A stretch of 64,000 bases of DNA from an uncultured Bacilli bacterium. GTDB taxonomy: Bacteria > Bacillota_I > Bacilli_A > RF39 > UBA660. The stretch lies in the NCBI GenBank assembly GCA_947632325.1, contig CANROU010000003.1, positions 8,732-72,731 of the forward strand, read 5' to 3'. How positions within the stretch are numbered: the stretch's first letter is position 1; every line of letters begins with the position of its first letter. Below the pieces are notes generated by a model. The model was not told the DNA's origin and made no database searches. It saw nothing but the letters and a program-made list of their open reading frames with translations. This document shows, one piece after another, positions 19,025 to 29,890 of the stretch. Position numbers and translations under genes: made by a program.

Positions 19025-19351
19025 TTACTTTTTTTCATTCTTTAAGATGGCTACATTTTGTGCTAACTCAATTATCTTCTCTTGTTGTTCAGCAATTTTT
19101 TTACTGTTTCGAAAATTGATAAACAATAAGAATAAAATACACAATACAAATAATAATGATGGTGGATAAGAAATATTTAAGAGTTTAGCTATCTTATCAA
19201 TTGAGTAAGGAAAAATAGCTAATATCAACATGATAATAGAACTTATCACCCACCAAAAACTTTCTTTAATAGAAAACCTCTTTTTTCTAACTTCCATAAC
19301 AATATATATCAAAATAAACAAAGCAATAATTACAAAATATATATTTCTCAT
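19025..19351 (-). CDS. DUF2304 small membrane protein (GacJ-like partner of GT2)
   Basis: Three TMs, W in helix 2, FP, ISYPP, C-terminal coiled coil ELAQNVA; ATGA overlap with upstream GT2. Confidence 0.8.
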   Translation of the reverse strand: MRNIYFVIIALFILIYIVMEVRKKRFSIKESFWWVISSIIMLILAIFPYSIDKIAKLLNISYPPSLLFVLCILFLLFINFRNSKKIAEQQEKIIELAQNVAILKNEKK

Positions 19352-20070
19352 TTGTTATCCACCTTCTTTTGTCTAGGAGTTGATATCAATATAAAAAATA
19401 TTGAATAAAACATTTCTATCATATATTTAATAGGTTTAATAATACCGCCGTGCATACTAACACCTGCTTCTCTAAGGCGCATTTTAGTAGGAATTTCGAC
19501 AATATTATAACCTTTTTTTAACATTTCAATAACCAAATTAGCATCAGGATATTCAGGATAATTACCCATTTTAGAATAATATTCAATAACCCGAGCATTC
19601 AAACATTGAAACCCACTAAGAGGATCAGCAATTGTTTTATGACAAAATAATTTTATTAATAGTGAAAATATCTTAGTACCAATGCGTCTAAAGAATGGAC
19701 ATGGATATCCTGTATCAACCAAATATCTTGAACCAATTACAATATCCGCTTTACCTTTTTTTATCTCATCTAACAACTTAATAGCTTCCTTAGCAATATG
19801 TTGTCCATCAGCATCAAATTGTATAACATAATCATAACCATTTTCATATGCATACTTAATACCTGTTTGAATTGCCATAGCATAACGCATATTAAAAATA
19901 TTAGTTATACAAGGGACTTTCTTTTTTTCTACTATTTCCTTAGTCCTATCTTTAGAACAATCATCAATAACTAATATATCGGCAAAAGAAGCATCTTTTC
20001 TTAATTCATCCAATACTTTACCAATATTTTCTTCCTCATTATAAGCTGGTATTACAAATAAAACTTTCAT
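19348..20070 (-). CDS. GT2 polyprenol-phosphate sugar synthase (GacI/DPM1-like)
   Basis: IPAYNEE, DDCSKD, QFDADGQH, IVIGSRY, DPLSGF, R..G.S. Confidence 0.88.
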   Translation of the reverse strand: MKVLFVIPAYNEEENIGKVLDELRKDASFADILVIDDCSKDRTKEIVEKKKVPCITNIFNMRYAMAIQTGIKYAYENGYDYVIQFDADGQHIAKEAIKLLDEIKKGKADIVIGSRYLVDTGYPCPFFRRIGTKIFSLLIKLFCHKTIADPLSGFQCLNARVIEYYSKMGNYPEYPDANLVIEMLKKGYNIVEIPTKMRLREAGVSMHGGIIKPIKYMIEMFYSIFFILISTPRQKKVDNK

Positions 20071-20123
20071 TTACATCTCTCCATACATCTATTATATCAT
20101 ATTTATGATTTCAACACTACTCA

Positions 20124-20594
20124 CTAATATATCCAACCACAATAAACAGCTTTAGGATATAATTTTAACATTTGCTCCCACTGTACTAAGAATAAATCAG
20201 CAAAATGATAGATCAGTCTACCAGTAATAGTTTTAGTATTTATATTAGCAAATGTTTCAACATAAATAATTTTACTTCCTAATAATTTGCCAATACAACA
20301 CATGGGACCTGCGGTATGAGCACCAGTGGTAATAATAACTTTAGGTCTTATTTTGATAAATAAATAAATGCTTTTAAAACAATTAGCTAACAGTTTAAAA
20401 GGATATGTTAACAAATGATCCTTAGTACCATAGATAAGATAATCTACTTTTTTAGGATACTGCTCTTGTAAAACCAAATTAGCTTTTGTTTTTTCTGTTA
20501 TAATATGATAGTCATACTTCTTAAATAACGGAGATAATTGTAACATTTCTGATAAATGCCCTCCGGTTGAAGAGATAAATAAAACCTTTTTCAT
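20124..20594 (-). CDS. PssD/Cps14F (Alg14-like) glycosyltransferase subunit
   Basis: SSTGGHL, RPKVIITTGA, IYVETFA, TGRLIY..AD.F.VQW. Confidence 0.9.
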   Translation of the reverse strand: MKKVLFISSTGGHLSEMLQLSPLFKKYDYHIITEKTKANLVLQEQYPKKVDYLIYGTKDHLLTYPFKLLANCFKSIYLFIKIRPKVIITTGAHTAGPMCCIGKLLGSKIIYVETFANINTKTITGRLIYHFADLFLVQWEQMLKLYPKAVYCGWIY

Positions 20595-21805
20595 TTTATC
20601 TTCCTTTCTAATAACTCATACCATTTTTTTAATACAATTGGCTCAGTATATTGTCTAACAGCTCTACGACCATTTTGTCCCATTTTTATCCGCTGTTTAT
20701 CATCAGTCATCAATAATTTAACCTTATCAATATACATTTGAAAATCCCTGTTAGTAATTAAATACCCTGTTACATTATCTTCGATAATTTCTAAGGCTCC
20801 CCTTGCTGAAGTAAAAGCTACACAAGGTAGGCCATTAGACATTGCCTCTAATAATACTAAACCAAAGGATTCAGTATATGAACTCATCAAATAAATAGAA
20901 CTTTTTAACATTTTCTGTTTAATATATTTTTGATCTTTAAAGCCATGTAATGTCACGTAATTAGTTAAATTATTTTGTTCTAGGTATTTTTCTAATGACT
21001 CTCTTTCATCACCATCACCAATAATATCTAATTTCCAACTATTATCATAAGCTAAAAGTTGTTTATACATTTTAAGCAAATCTAAGTAACCTTTTTCTTT
21101 GGATAAACGTCCAACTGAAATAAAATGCTTTGAGGTCAAATCTGCTGATTTAGTTGGAATATCAGGAATCATGTTAGGAATGTAAAGCACTTGACATCTA
21201 CTATTAATATTTGTCATTTGTTCTTGATAAAAAGATGTCAATTCTTGCGATACCAAAACCAAGTAATCTAGATTTTTACTAGAACTTACTACTTTATTTA
21301 TATAACTTTGATCATTATTGTGATGATTATGTTCCCAACCAATTTTTAAACAATCAATTCTACCACACTTAGCTAATATTTCATTTAAAAAATCTCTGGT
21401 GGAAATAATAACATCACTATCACAATTTTTAACACTACTTTCCATTACCATTCGTCTTTTACGGTACATTCCAATACCTTGTATCCCATCTTTAAACAAA
21501 GCTATAAATTTACCCTTAATAATGTAATCATGTCCAATAGCTCCTAAAAGTTTTATTATTCTACCTTTTTTTAATAATAATTTATAAGTAGCTACTCTCT
21601 TTGGTAAATCACTTTCAATTAAATATGTTATTTTAACTTTCTTATCAATGAGAAAAGCTGGCTCTGATGATAACTTATAAATAGAAATAATTTCAACATC
21701 ATAATCTTTACACAGACCATTAGCTAAAGTAACAATAGCTCGTTCAATCCCTCCATAATCCAAATGAAGCGCTAAAAGAGAAACTTTTTTTCGCTTGTTT
21801 TCCAC
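20591..21805 (-). CDS. GT4 glycosyltransferase
   Basis: GGIER, WEH, VGRLSKEKG, ESFGLVLLEAM. Confidence 0.9.
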   Translation of the reverse strand: MENKRKKVSLLALHLDYGGIERAIVTLANGLCKDYDVEIISIYKLSSEPAFLIDKKVKITYLIESDLPKRVATYKLLLKKGRIIKLLGAIGHDYIIKGKFIALFKDGIQGIGMYRKRRMVMESSVKNCDSDVIISTRDFLNEILAKCGRIDCLKIGWEHNHHNNDQSYINKVVSSSKNLDYLVLVSQELTSFYQEQMTNINSRCQVLYIPNMIPDIPTKSADLTSKHFISVGRLSKEKGYLDLLKMYKQLLAYDNSWKLDIIGDGDERESLEKYLEQNNLTNYVTLHGFKDQKYIKQKMLKSSIYLMSSYTESFGLVLLEAMSNGLPCVAFTSARGALEIIEDNVTGYLITNRDFQMYIDKVKLLMTDDKQRIKMGQNGRRAVRQYTEPIVLKKWYELLERKIK

Positions 21806-21819
21806 TAAATCACTTCCTC

Positions 21820-22170
21820 TTATTTCGTTCCAAAAGCCATTACAATAATACCAGCGATAATCATCATTGCCCCAATTAAAGATACTACACTTAGTGATTC
21901 TTTAAAAATGAAATGACCTGCTAGTAAAACTAAGATTTGAACAATTCCTGTGACAATGGGAACCATTGTAGATAAATCATATTTAACAATCATTCTCTGC
22001 CATAATAGAAAACTAACTAAATACAAGAAAAAACCAATAAAGGTCAAAAAACCAATTTTGAAGGTAAAACCACCTTTTAATGACAACTTAAGGGAATCGC
22101 CCCCCAATTTCATAAAAGTAATTCCACCTGTAGTACATGCTAAATAAATTAACGTTAATATATATTTCAT
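21820..22170 (-). CDS. SMR/EamA-like small membrane protein, putative lipid-linked sugar flippase
   Basis: Four TMs, LS..VP, FKE.LS....G...II.GI pattern; located in polysaccharide locus. Confidence 0.65.
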   Translation of the reverse strand: MKYILTLIYLACTTGGITFMKLGGDSLKLSLKGGFTFKIGFLTFIGFFLYLVSFLLWQRMIVKYDLSTMVPIVTGIVQILVLLAGHFIFKESLSVVSLIGAMMIIAGIIVMAFGTK

Positions 22171-22232
22171 TTTATTCTCCTTTAAATTATTTATGTAACT
22201 GGATTATATAAAGACATATAATAGTTATTATT

Positions 22233-23747
22233 TTATCTTAAAAATATAAATATGGAATATAACGAGTTTATATTTATTAAAAACAAAATAATAAAGCAAA
22301 CAATATTAGTATATTTAAATTTAACATACTTATCGCGATTCACTAATGTTAATAGACTAAGGAAAATAATTGGTATAAAATACCTACCTTGTACTCCTTC
22401 AATAATAGATCCATAAACACTAGTCCAACTTAAATACATAGCACCTATAACAAAATTACAAGCTAATATAGCAATAATATTTACAAATAATTTTTCCTGT
22501 TTAGTTAAACTATATTTAGAATCCTCCAAAAAAGGTGCTATAACAAATAAAACAACTAACACTAAGGTTGAAATATAAGCACCACTGATATTAAGCCAAC
22601 CTAAATATTGTCCCATAAAAGTTGTTATATAAAATTCGTGGCGGTGCACTAAGCTATGAATTAAAGTTACTACATAAGTTTTAGGATGAGAAATGACAAA
22701 CTTTAACTGTTTTATAGCATCAATATTATTCATTTTTATATACTGTTCATGAAATAAGAAACTACTATTATAAATATAGCTACCAATCGCCATCAATACA
22801 GATAATATCAAGCTAATATATATAATTTTCTTTATTTTAGCATCTGCTGACTTTGTTTTATTCTTTAAAAGTAACATTAAAAAGCAAAGTGGCAAATATA
22901 CAACCTTACAACAAGCAATTAATAAGGAACAGCAACACAAAATAACAGCTTGTTTGCAAGATATTGTTTTTACCTTATCATTAAATTTGAGATGTAATAA
23001 GTAGCTAACAAAAAATAATGAAATAACATTTATAAAGTTATCTGCTGAACAAGATGCTGCTTGATGCAATACCATTGGTGTCAACAAATAAACAAACATA
23101 ACTAGTTTCCCAAAAGGAATTATTTTAATGATAAAATATGAAACTATAACGAAAAAAATCAGATTACATAATTTAGCTAAATAACTAGTTAAATAAACAT
23201 TTAAATGCAATAATCTCCCCACATTAATACCAATGCTAGGTATTAAATACATACCAAAAAAATATCCTGCAGCACTATTGGCTTTGGTTATTTCAGTATC
23301 ATTATAATCAGTTTTTACTTGAATAAAGTCCTTTAAATTTCTATAATTGTTAATCTTTGCCGCAGAATAAGTTTGTAACTGCTTGGGTAATTCTATTAAT
23401 GATTCACCTCTTTCATTTTTTTCCGGAAAAAGCTTAAAATCTGCTACTGAATAAGCTTTGGCAATATGAACACCTTCATCTGGAGCAAAATTGGGAATTA
23501 AAAAAAAGCAATATCCTAAACCAATGGGAATAACAAAAATAATAAACAACATTTCCAAACGTGTCTTATTATTCCAAAGTAATGCGGCTATATTTAATAT
23601 AAATAAAAGTCCAATAAAAACCAATAGAGGTTTAGCAGAATGCAAAGCACCCTTATATATTAAAAAGAAAATAATCAAAGTGAACATTAATTCTAAAAAT
23701 AATAGTATTTTGTTATTATTAAGTAAATTAGTTAACTTTTTTTTCAT
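22233..23747 (-). CDS. DUF2142 polytopic membrane protein (GT-C-like)
   Basis: APDE..H, PM....AS.S.D, K..Y, G.LGWL, GVQGRYFIP; start refined to 23747 behind GGAGG. Confidence 0.85.
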   Translation of the reverse strand: MKKKLTNLLNNNKILLFLELMFTLIIFFLIYKGALHSAKPLLVFIGLLFILNIAALLWNNKTRLEMLFIIFVIPIGLGYCFFLIPNFAPDEGVHIAKAYSVADFKLFPEKNERGESLIELPKQLQTYSAAKINNYRNLKDFIQVKTDYNDTEITKANSAAGYFFGMYLIPSIGINVGRLLHLNVYLTSYLAKLCNLIFFVIVSYFIIKIIPFGKLVMFVYLLTPMVLHQAASCSADNFINVISLFFVSYLLHLKFNDKVKTISCKQAVILCCCSLLIACCKVVYLPLCFLMLLLKNKTKSADAKIKKIIYISLILSVLMAIGSYIYNSSFLFHEQYIKMNNIDAIKQLKFVISHPKTYVVTLIHSLVHRHEFYITTFMGQYLGWLNISGAYISTLVLVVLFVIAPFLEDSKYSLTKQEKLFVNIIAILACNFVIGAMYLSWTSVYGSIIEGVQGRYFIPIIFLSLLTLVNRDKYVKFKYTNIVCFIILFLININSLYSIFIFLR

Positions 23748-23802
23748 AATCTCTTTATCCTCCATAATAAATATATAATTTAATCAAAACAACTTCGTCT
23801 TA

Positions 23803-23831
23803 ATTATAAAACGATTAGTAGTAAGTGTCAA
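23803..23831 (-). promoter_or_regulatory. Consensus sigma-A promoter
   Basis: TTGACA-N17-TATAAT on minus strand upstream of the DUF2142 gene. Confidence 0.8.
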
Positions 23832-23873
23832 GTTGACTAACCTGTTAAGGACACAGTAAAAGATTAGATATCT

Positions 23874-26009
23874 CTAATCTTTTTGCTTACCCTTATCTAA
23901 CATAAAATTTCTTTTTTTGCTATAATTTAAATTATAAAAAGAATCATTATTAAGTAGGTTCGCCCATTTTTTATACATATATTCCCGTTCTTTAATGAAA
24001 AGATTGTATTTTTCTTTAGTAGTAACCATTCCTCTTGACTTTGATTCATAATGATAAAGTTCTACTTGAGGTAAAAAAACATTATAATAACCCTTTTTGA
24101 GTAATTTCAAACATAAATCAACATCATTATATGATACTTTTAATTGTTCTTCAAATCCACCAACTTCTAAAAACTTCTTTTTTTCAATCATCATACAAGC
24201 AGCCGTTACCGCACTATAATTGTAAGGGACTACCAATCTTCCATAAATACCAAAAGAATTCGCATCCTGTTTTAAAAAAGCATGTGTTGCTACACCTCCT
24301 ACTCCTAAGATCACACCTCCGTGTTGAATCGTTTCATCTGGATATAACAATTTCACCCCAACAGCGCCAATGTGATCTTGCATAGCGTAACCAATCATAA
24401 TATTTATCCAATTATCTTGTAATATTTCTGTATCATTATTCAAAAAAAGCAAATATTCACCCTTTACTTTGTCAATAACATCATTATGTATCTTGGAATA
24501 ATTAAATTCTCCTGGAACATCCATGACAAAAAAATTTTTATGATGTTTCTTATAGAATTTGAATAATTCATAAGTATCTTTTTCTTTGCTATCATTATTT
24601 ATAATAATCACTTCAAAATTTTTATAAGTTGTCATCTTATAAATAGAATCAACGCATGTTTTTAAAGTAGAAGAAAAATCCCTTGTTGGAATTAGAATAG
24701 AAACTTTAGGTTCTTTCTTGTAACAATAATTCACAATATAATGGGTTGAATGAATAGGTACATCTACCTTAGCATCATATCCTCTTCTTTTTAGGGCATC
24801 TTCGACAGCCTTCTTTCCATTCAAAATAGCATAATCTTTATTTTCAATAGTATCCGCTGTAGAACCAGGCACCTTACGCCAATGATATAGTATTTTGGGG
24901 ATATGATAAATCTTATCCGGAGTAGTTTTTTCAATAAATCTTAAAAACAAATCAAAATCTTGTGCCCCAACATATTTATCTTTAAAGCCACCAATTTCCT
25001 CCATAATACTTTTTCTTAATATTTCAAAATGACAGATATAATTTCCTCCGTACAAACTGTCTGGAGAATAATCAGGTTTAAAGTGTGGTTCGCACCTTCT
25101 TCCTTTCATATCCAACTTATCTTCATCACTATATATTAAATCGTATTTTTTATTTTGATTTAAAACATACACCATTTCATATAATGCATTCTCAGTTAAC
25201 ACATCATCATTATCCATTAAGGCTACAAATTCTCCAGAAGCCATTTTTAAAGCATCATTCGTGGTTTTAGAAATATGTCCATTCTTACTACGATACTTAA
25301 CTTTAACTCTATTATCTTTCTGTTTATATTCTTCCAAAGTCTGTTTTGTTTCCTCTAAAGTAGAACAGTCATCAACCAGACAAATTTCAAAATTTTGATA
25401 ATGTTGATTTAATATAGAATCTAGACATTCGCTCAAGTATTTTCTTTGAATGTTATATACTGGAATTAAAATAGAAATTAATGGTTGATAAGTTAAGTCC
25501 TTATAAACAGGTTTTGGCTCCTTCTTCTTAGTCCAAGCAATAAAATCTTTTTGGCGGAAAGGATCATAACAATCCATGCGCAAAACCCTCTTAATTTTAT
25601 TTAAAATCCTAACACTATACTCTTTCCATAAGAAAGGTGGAACTAAGAAATGATGTTCAATCCACAAATATTTAATCGAATTACCTAATTTAGCAAAAAA
25701 CTTTCCTACTGAACTAAAAATAGCTCCTATTCTACCAATAATTCTTCTAATTAACGTATTTTTTAAAATAAACAACTGCATTTTTTTGCTTTTTTCAACT
25801 GCATAAACAGTAATATATTTATCTTTTTTGTTCAAAATGGCCATGAAGACTTTTTTTCTATTAGATCCAATTACAGATATAGGAAGTTTCTTTTTTTCAT
25901 TCCATATTTCCAAAGTAATATTTTTATTCTTGATAATTACCTCAATACAAACTTGAGGATGTATAACACCTGATATCTTTTTTCTTACAACATAAATTTC
26001 ATTTAACAT
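23874..26009 (-). CDS. Two-domain GT2 glycosyltransferase (rhamnan polymerase-like)
   Basis: ISILIPVYN...YSDEDK...QDFDL...LYHWR, second domain VSILIPT...LNNDTE...AVTAAC...NDVDLCL; start refined to 26009. Confidence 0.88.
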   Translation of the reverse strand: MLNEIYVVRKKISGVIHPQVCIEVIIKNKNITLEIWNEKKKLPISVIGSNRKKVFMAILNKKDKYITVYAVEKSKKMQLFILKNTLIRRIIGRIGAIFSSVGKFFAKLGNSIKYLWIEHHFLVPPFLWKEYSVRILNKIKRVLRMDCYDPFRQKDFIAWTKKKEPKPVYKDLTYQPLISILIPVYNIQRKYLSECLDSILNQHYQNFEICLVDDCSTLEETKQTLEEYKQKDNRVKVKYRSKNGHISKTTNDALKMASGEFVALMDNDDVLTENALYEMVYVLNQNKKYDLIYSDEDKLDMKGRRCEPHFKPDYSPDSLYGGNYICHFEILRKSIMEEIGGFKDKYVGAQDFDLFLRFIEKTTPDKIYHIPKILYHWRKVPGSTADTIENKDYAILNGKKAVEDALKRRGYDAKVDVPIHSTHYIVNYCYKKEPKVSILIPTRDFSSTLKTCVDSIYKMTTYKNFEVIIINNDSKEKDTYELFKFYKKHHKNFFVMDVPGEFNYSKIHNDVIDKVKGEYLLFLNNDTEILQDNWINIMIGYAMQDHIGAVGVKLLYPDETIQHGGVILGVGGVATHAFLKQDANSFGIYGRLVVPYNYSAVTAACMMIEKKKFLEVGGFEEQLKVSYNDVDLCLKLLKKGYYNVFLPQVELYHYESKSRGMVTTKEKYNLFIKEREYMYKKWANLLNNDSFYNLNYSKKRNFMLDKGKQKD

Positions 26010-26010
26010 C

Positions 26011-26784
26011 TTATAACTCCTCTGCAAAACCTTTTTCCAATTTTCTAAAAATAGCCAAACCAATAAACAATATTAATAAAGCAATTAACAAAACATAAAT
26101 AATACCTTCAAGCGATGGTAATTGATGGTACATAAATACACTACGATAAGCATCGATAATTTCTGTCATGGGATTAAGTTGTAATACCCACCTAATTTTC
26201 TCAGGAAACAAAGTCGAAGAATATAAAATCGGTGTAGCATAAAATAATAAATTAAGAATGAATTGCACAATATATTCAGTATCTTTAACATAAATATTTA
26301 TAGCGCTTAAAGCTAAAATCAATCCTAAACTAAACAAGAATTGGATAATTCCAATTAAAGGAAAAAGCAAGAAATGCCACGTTATACCTATTCCCCCAAA
26401 TAAACAAAACAGTAAAATAATAATACAACTAATCATGAAATTAACTAAACCACTGATAGCTACTGATATAGGTAATATTTCCCTTGGAAAATATACTTTT
26501 TTAATAATACCTGCGTTCATACGGACAACAATCATACCCTGATTTATGACTGTAGTAAAAAAAGTCCACGGAATTATTCCAATAATTAAGTATTGAAGAT
26601 AATGATCAGTTTGCACCCGCATAATATAAGGAAAAACAATCGCATATACCGCCACTTGTAATAATGGATTAATAAAAGACCACAGAACGCCTAAAAAAGA
26701 GCCTTTATATTTACCTCTTATTTCTTTTTTTACATTACTTTTAAGTAATTCCCTATATTGATATAAATTTTGTATTAATTGCAT
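26011..26784 (-). CDS. ABC-2 polysaccharide exporter permease (Wzm/RgpC/TagG family)
   Basis: KYKGSFLGVLWSFINPL, IKKVYFPREILP, FYATPILY, LNP. Confidence 0.92.
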   Translation of the reverse strand: MQLIQNLYQYRELLKSNVKKEIRGKYKGSFLGVLWSFINPLLQVAVYAIVFPYIMRVQTDHYLQYLIIGIIPWTFFTTVINQGMIVVRMNAGIIKKVYFPREILPISVAISGLVNFMISCIIILLFCLFGGIGITWHFLLFPLIGIIQFLFSLGLILALSAINIYVKDTEYIVQFILNLLFYATPILYSSTLFPEKIRWVLQLNPMTEIIDAYRSVFMYHQLPSLEGIIYVLLIALLILFIGLAIFRKLEKGFAEEL

Positions 26785-26795
26785 GTTTTCATCAC

Positions 26796-27536
26796 CTACT
26801 TACATTCTTCTAGATATTGATCAATAACCTTATTAGCTTCCCCATCTATTTTAATAACCCCATCTTTAATCCAAATGGCTCTTTTACATAATTGTCTTAC
26901 AGATCGTAAATTATGACTAACAATAACAATAGTTTTATCACTATCTTTTAACTCATGTAATTTTTTAAAACATTTATCCTGGAAATGTTGATCACCAACC
27001 GCTAAAATCTCATCTATCAACAAAATATCCGCATTAACATTAATTGCTACTGAAAAAGCAAGACGCATATACATTCCTGAGGAATAAGTACGTACAGGAT
27101 TATCAATGAACTCTCCTAATTCCGAAAAAGCAATAATATCTTCCATCTTATCTTCAATTTCATTTTTTGTTAAACCAAAAATAGAAGCGTTAAAATAGAT
27201 ATTTTCTCTACCCGTGAAATCATCATGAAAACCAGCACCTAATTCCAATAGCGATGTTAACTTACCATTAGTTATAATTTTACCTGAAGTAGGATAGATG
27301 ATTTTAGTCATCAATTTCAACAAAGTACTCTTACCACTTCCGTTAGTCCCAATTAAAGCTACTACTTCACCTTTATTAATATCTAAGGAAATATCTTTTA
27401 AAACGGTCCTCTCTTCAGCATTAGAACTTTTCCAAAAACATAATCTTTCCTTCAATGTATTTGGTTTATCATAATATACCTTAAACTTTTTCGTTACCTT
27501 ATGTACTTTAATAGCACAATCTTCATTTTTCTTCAT
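26796..27536 (-). CDS. ABC polysaccharide exporter ATPase (Wzt/RgpD/TagH family, no C-terminal CBM)
   Basis: GTNGSGKST, YSSGMYMRLAF, IDEILAVGD. Confidence 0.93.
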   Translation of the reverse strand: MKKNEDCAIKVHKVTKKFKVYYDKPNTLKERLCFWKSSNAEERTVLKDISLDINKGEVVALIGTNGSGKSTLLKLMTKIIYPTSGKIITNGKLTSLLELGAGFHDDFTGRENIYFNASIFGLTKNEIEDKMEDIIAFSELGEFIDNPVRTYSSGMYMRLAFSVAINVNADILLIDEILAVGDQHFQDKCFKKLHELKDSDKTIVIVSHNLRSVRQLCKRAIWIKDGVIKIDGEANKVIDQYLEECK

Positions 27537-27600
27537 AATTTTTCCTTCTTAATCAAATTTTCCACATCAATTATAACATGAATCACTAATTTTAACAAAA

Positions 27601-28464
27601 TTAACTATTTCCCTTTTTACCAATTAAACGTATTTTTAAAATTATTAGGGATAATTGCCTTGTTATCCATAAACATGCCAGCTGAAAAGAATTGGCCTTT
27701 AGATAGTTTTTAACATAATATCTTTGACTTTCTTTTAGTATGTTATATTTTTTTAATCTATTAATACTCTTATCGATACTAACAGAATGATCATGTATTA
27801 TTTTAACAGTATTATCAATAGCTATCTTCTTCTTATCTTCCTGCACTTTTACTGAAAAGATAGCCTCTTCATAATATAAAAAGGTTTGATGATCAAAATA
27901 ATTTATTTTCTTTAAAAAAGCAGCATCAACCATAAAAAAGCACCCTGATACTACATCAACTAATGAAAGCTTATCTTTATAATGTTTTTCATCATAAAAC
28001 AACAATTTCCTACGAAAATAACGACTAATTAAAGGTAAATTAAGTAAAATTTCCGTACCTACTGATGTTTTTTTCCAACCCCTATTATAATTATCATGTT
28101 CCACTATAACAGGTGCGACAACCTTAATATCTTTATCAATATCATTAGCTAACCATTCAATATCTTGTTCTTTTTCAATAATAATATCCGAATTAGAGAA
28201 AATAATACAACCATTTTTAAGTTCTCTCATAAGTTTTTTAGCGCCTAAATTCATCCCAGAAGCATAGCCACTATTATCTTTGTTTTGCACAACACTAATT
28301 TTATTATTGGCCAACTTTTTTAATTTTTTAAATGAATCATCTGTAGAATGATTATCAACTACCACTATTTTTTTCAAACATTGATAATTTTTAATGTTAT
28401 CTAATAATCTATACGTTGTCTCAAAATCATTATAATTAATAATTACCATTCCTATATCTTTCAT
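27601..28464 (-). CDS. GT2 glycosyltransferase (rhamnosyltransferase-like)
   Basis: IINYN, VDNHSTD, NSGYASGMN, NSDI, SGCFF, FLYYEE. Confidence 0.85.
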   Translation of the reverse strand: MKDIGMVIINYNDFETTYRLLDNIKNYQCLKKIVVVDNHSTDDSFKKLKKLANNKISVVQNKDNSGYASGMNLGAKKLMRELKNGCIIFSNSDIIIEKEQDIEWLANDIDKDIKVVAPVIVEHDNYNRGWKKTSVGTEILLNLPLISRYFRRKLLFYDEKHYKDKLSLVDVVSGCFFMVDAAFLKKINYFDHQTFLYYEEAIFSVKVQEDKKKIAIDNTVKIIHDHSVSIDKSINRLKKYNILKESQRYYVKNYLKANSFQLACLWITRQLSLIILKIRLIGKKGNS

Positions 28465-28466
28465 AG

Positions 28467-29747
28467 TTAGTCACTCCTTTTTCCATTTTCCACAATATCT
28501 TTTGATTTAATTAATAAAAGCACCACTATAGCGTAAATGCTAACATTAGGAGAAGTTAGTACATGACCTTGAAATAATGATAAAGCTAATATAAGTAACA
28601 GTACAACTCGATAAATATATTGCTGAAAGTTAAGTTTATTATGGATATTCTTAATAAAAACAGTATATAAAACACTTACTAACGGCAAGATAAAAAGAAT
28701 GAAACCAACAATTCCCTGCTCTAAAAAAACATCATAATAATCCATTTCTACTGACTTAGTAAGCCCTTCTTCATCGTATATACCTAAACCTAATATTTTT
28801 TGAGGCCAACTACTATGATGATAATCTATTATTCTATTGCTTAAAAAAGTAATCCTTTGACTAAAAACAAAATGATCAATTAACTCCACATTAGAAAATA
28901 GTTCTTGGATACTATCAATTTCTAAGAATGCTAAATGCACCTTAATATTCTTATAAAAATTAGTCTTAGGAACAATTAAAATCAATATACTTGTAAGTAC
29001 AATAATACCACTACCTAAGATAGCTATCCTATTATATTTTTTCTGTCTTATACAAGCAATAACAAAATATATTGCTCCAAAGAATAATATAAACACAATA
29101 GCTAATAAAGGTACTTTTGTTCCCATTGTTAAAACAGAATAACCATATATCAACAAGCCGATTACTTTTAACCATAAATATTTTGAATGCCTAAAACTAA
29201 GCAAAAAGAAAGGAAATAAAATAGCTAAAATAGCTCCTATTTCATTAGCGGAATGAAACCATCCTATACTACCATACTTAGTAATTTCATAGCTTTTAAA
29301 ACCAATATTAAAAATAGTTGGTAAAAAGAAACCTAATAGATAAACTCCAAATAAAATAGCTAATGTAGTATAAGAAATTTTTAATTTATCTTTCATAACT
29401 ATTAATGATATTAATAATAGTGGAAAATAAAATATTTTCAAAACATTTTGTAATTCCAAAAACCAAAAGCTATGATCCTTAGTTAAAATAGTTAACAATA
29501 AATATAAAATTATATACGCTAAACAACTACCATAATATATTAAAACCTTCTTTTTCTTAAATACAAAAATACTACTATATAAACAAAACAAAAGAAATAA
29601 AAATCGAATAACCATTCCTATGGTAAAATGTATTTTAAAATAGCCAAGCATAACTCCTGTTATAATATCTATTATAGGCCCCAGGCAAAGAAATATAAGG
29701 AATAATTTAGAAAAATTTTTAGCTATAAATCCATTAATCTGTCTCAT
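28467..29747 (-). CDS. O-antigen ligase/Wzy-like membrane protein
   Basis: GWFHSANE, GTK, S.R, EMDYYD....G..G, GHVL; start refined to 29747 behind AGGAG. Confidence 0.75.
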   Translation of the reverse strand: MRQINGFIAKNFSKLFLIFLCLGPIIDIITGVMLGYFKIHFTIGMVIRFLFLLFCLYSSIFVFKKKKVLIYYGSCLAYIILYLLLTILTKDHSFWFLELQNVLKIFYFPLLLISLIVMKDKLKISYTTLAILFGVYLLGFFLPTIFNIGFKSYEITKYGSIGWFHSANEIGAILAILFPFFLLSFRHSKYLWLKVIGLLIYGYSVLTMGTKVPLLAIVFILFFGAIYFVIACIRQKKYNRIAILGSGIIVLTSILILIVPKTNFYKNIKVHLAFLEIDSIQELFSNVELIDHFVFSQRITFLSNRIIDYHHSSWPQKILGLGIYDEEGLTKSVEMDYYDVFLEQGIVGFILFILPLVSVLYTVFIKNIHNKLNFQQYIYRVVLLLILALSLFQGHVLTSPNVSIYAIVVLLLIKSKDIVENGKRSD

Positions 29748-29890
29748 TTTTAACTCCTTTATAATCACCCCAATTATAACAAAACAATATAAGCAAAGCA
29801 AGTGTCTAGTTATGTCAATATAACTAATAACAATTTCTAATTTAATATTTTTGTTATATAATAGAGATAGATAAAGAATAGGTGGTTGTT

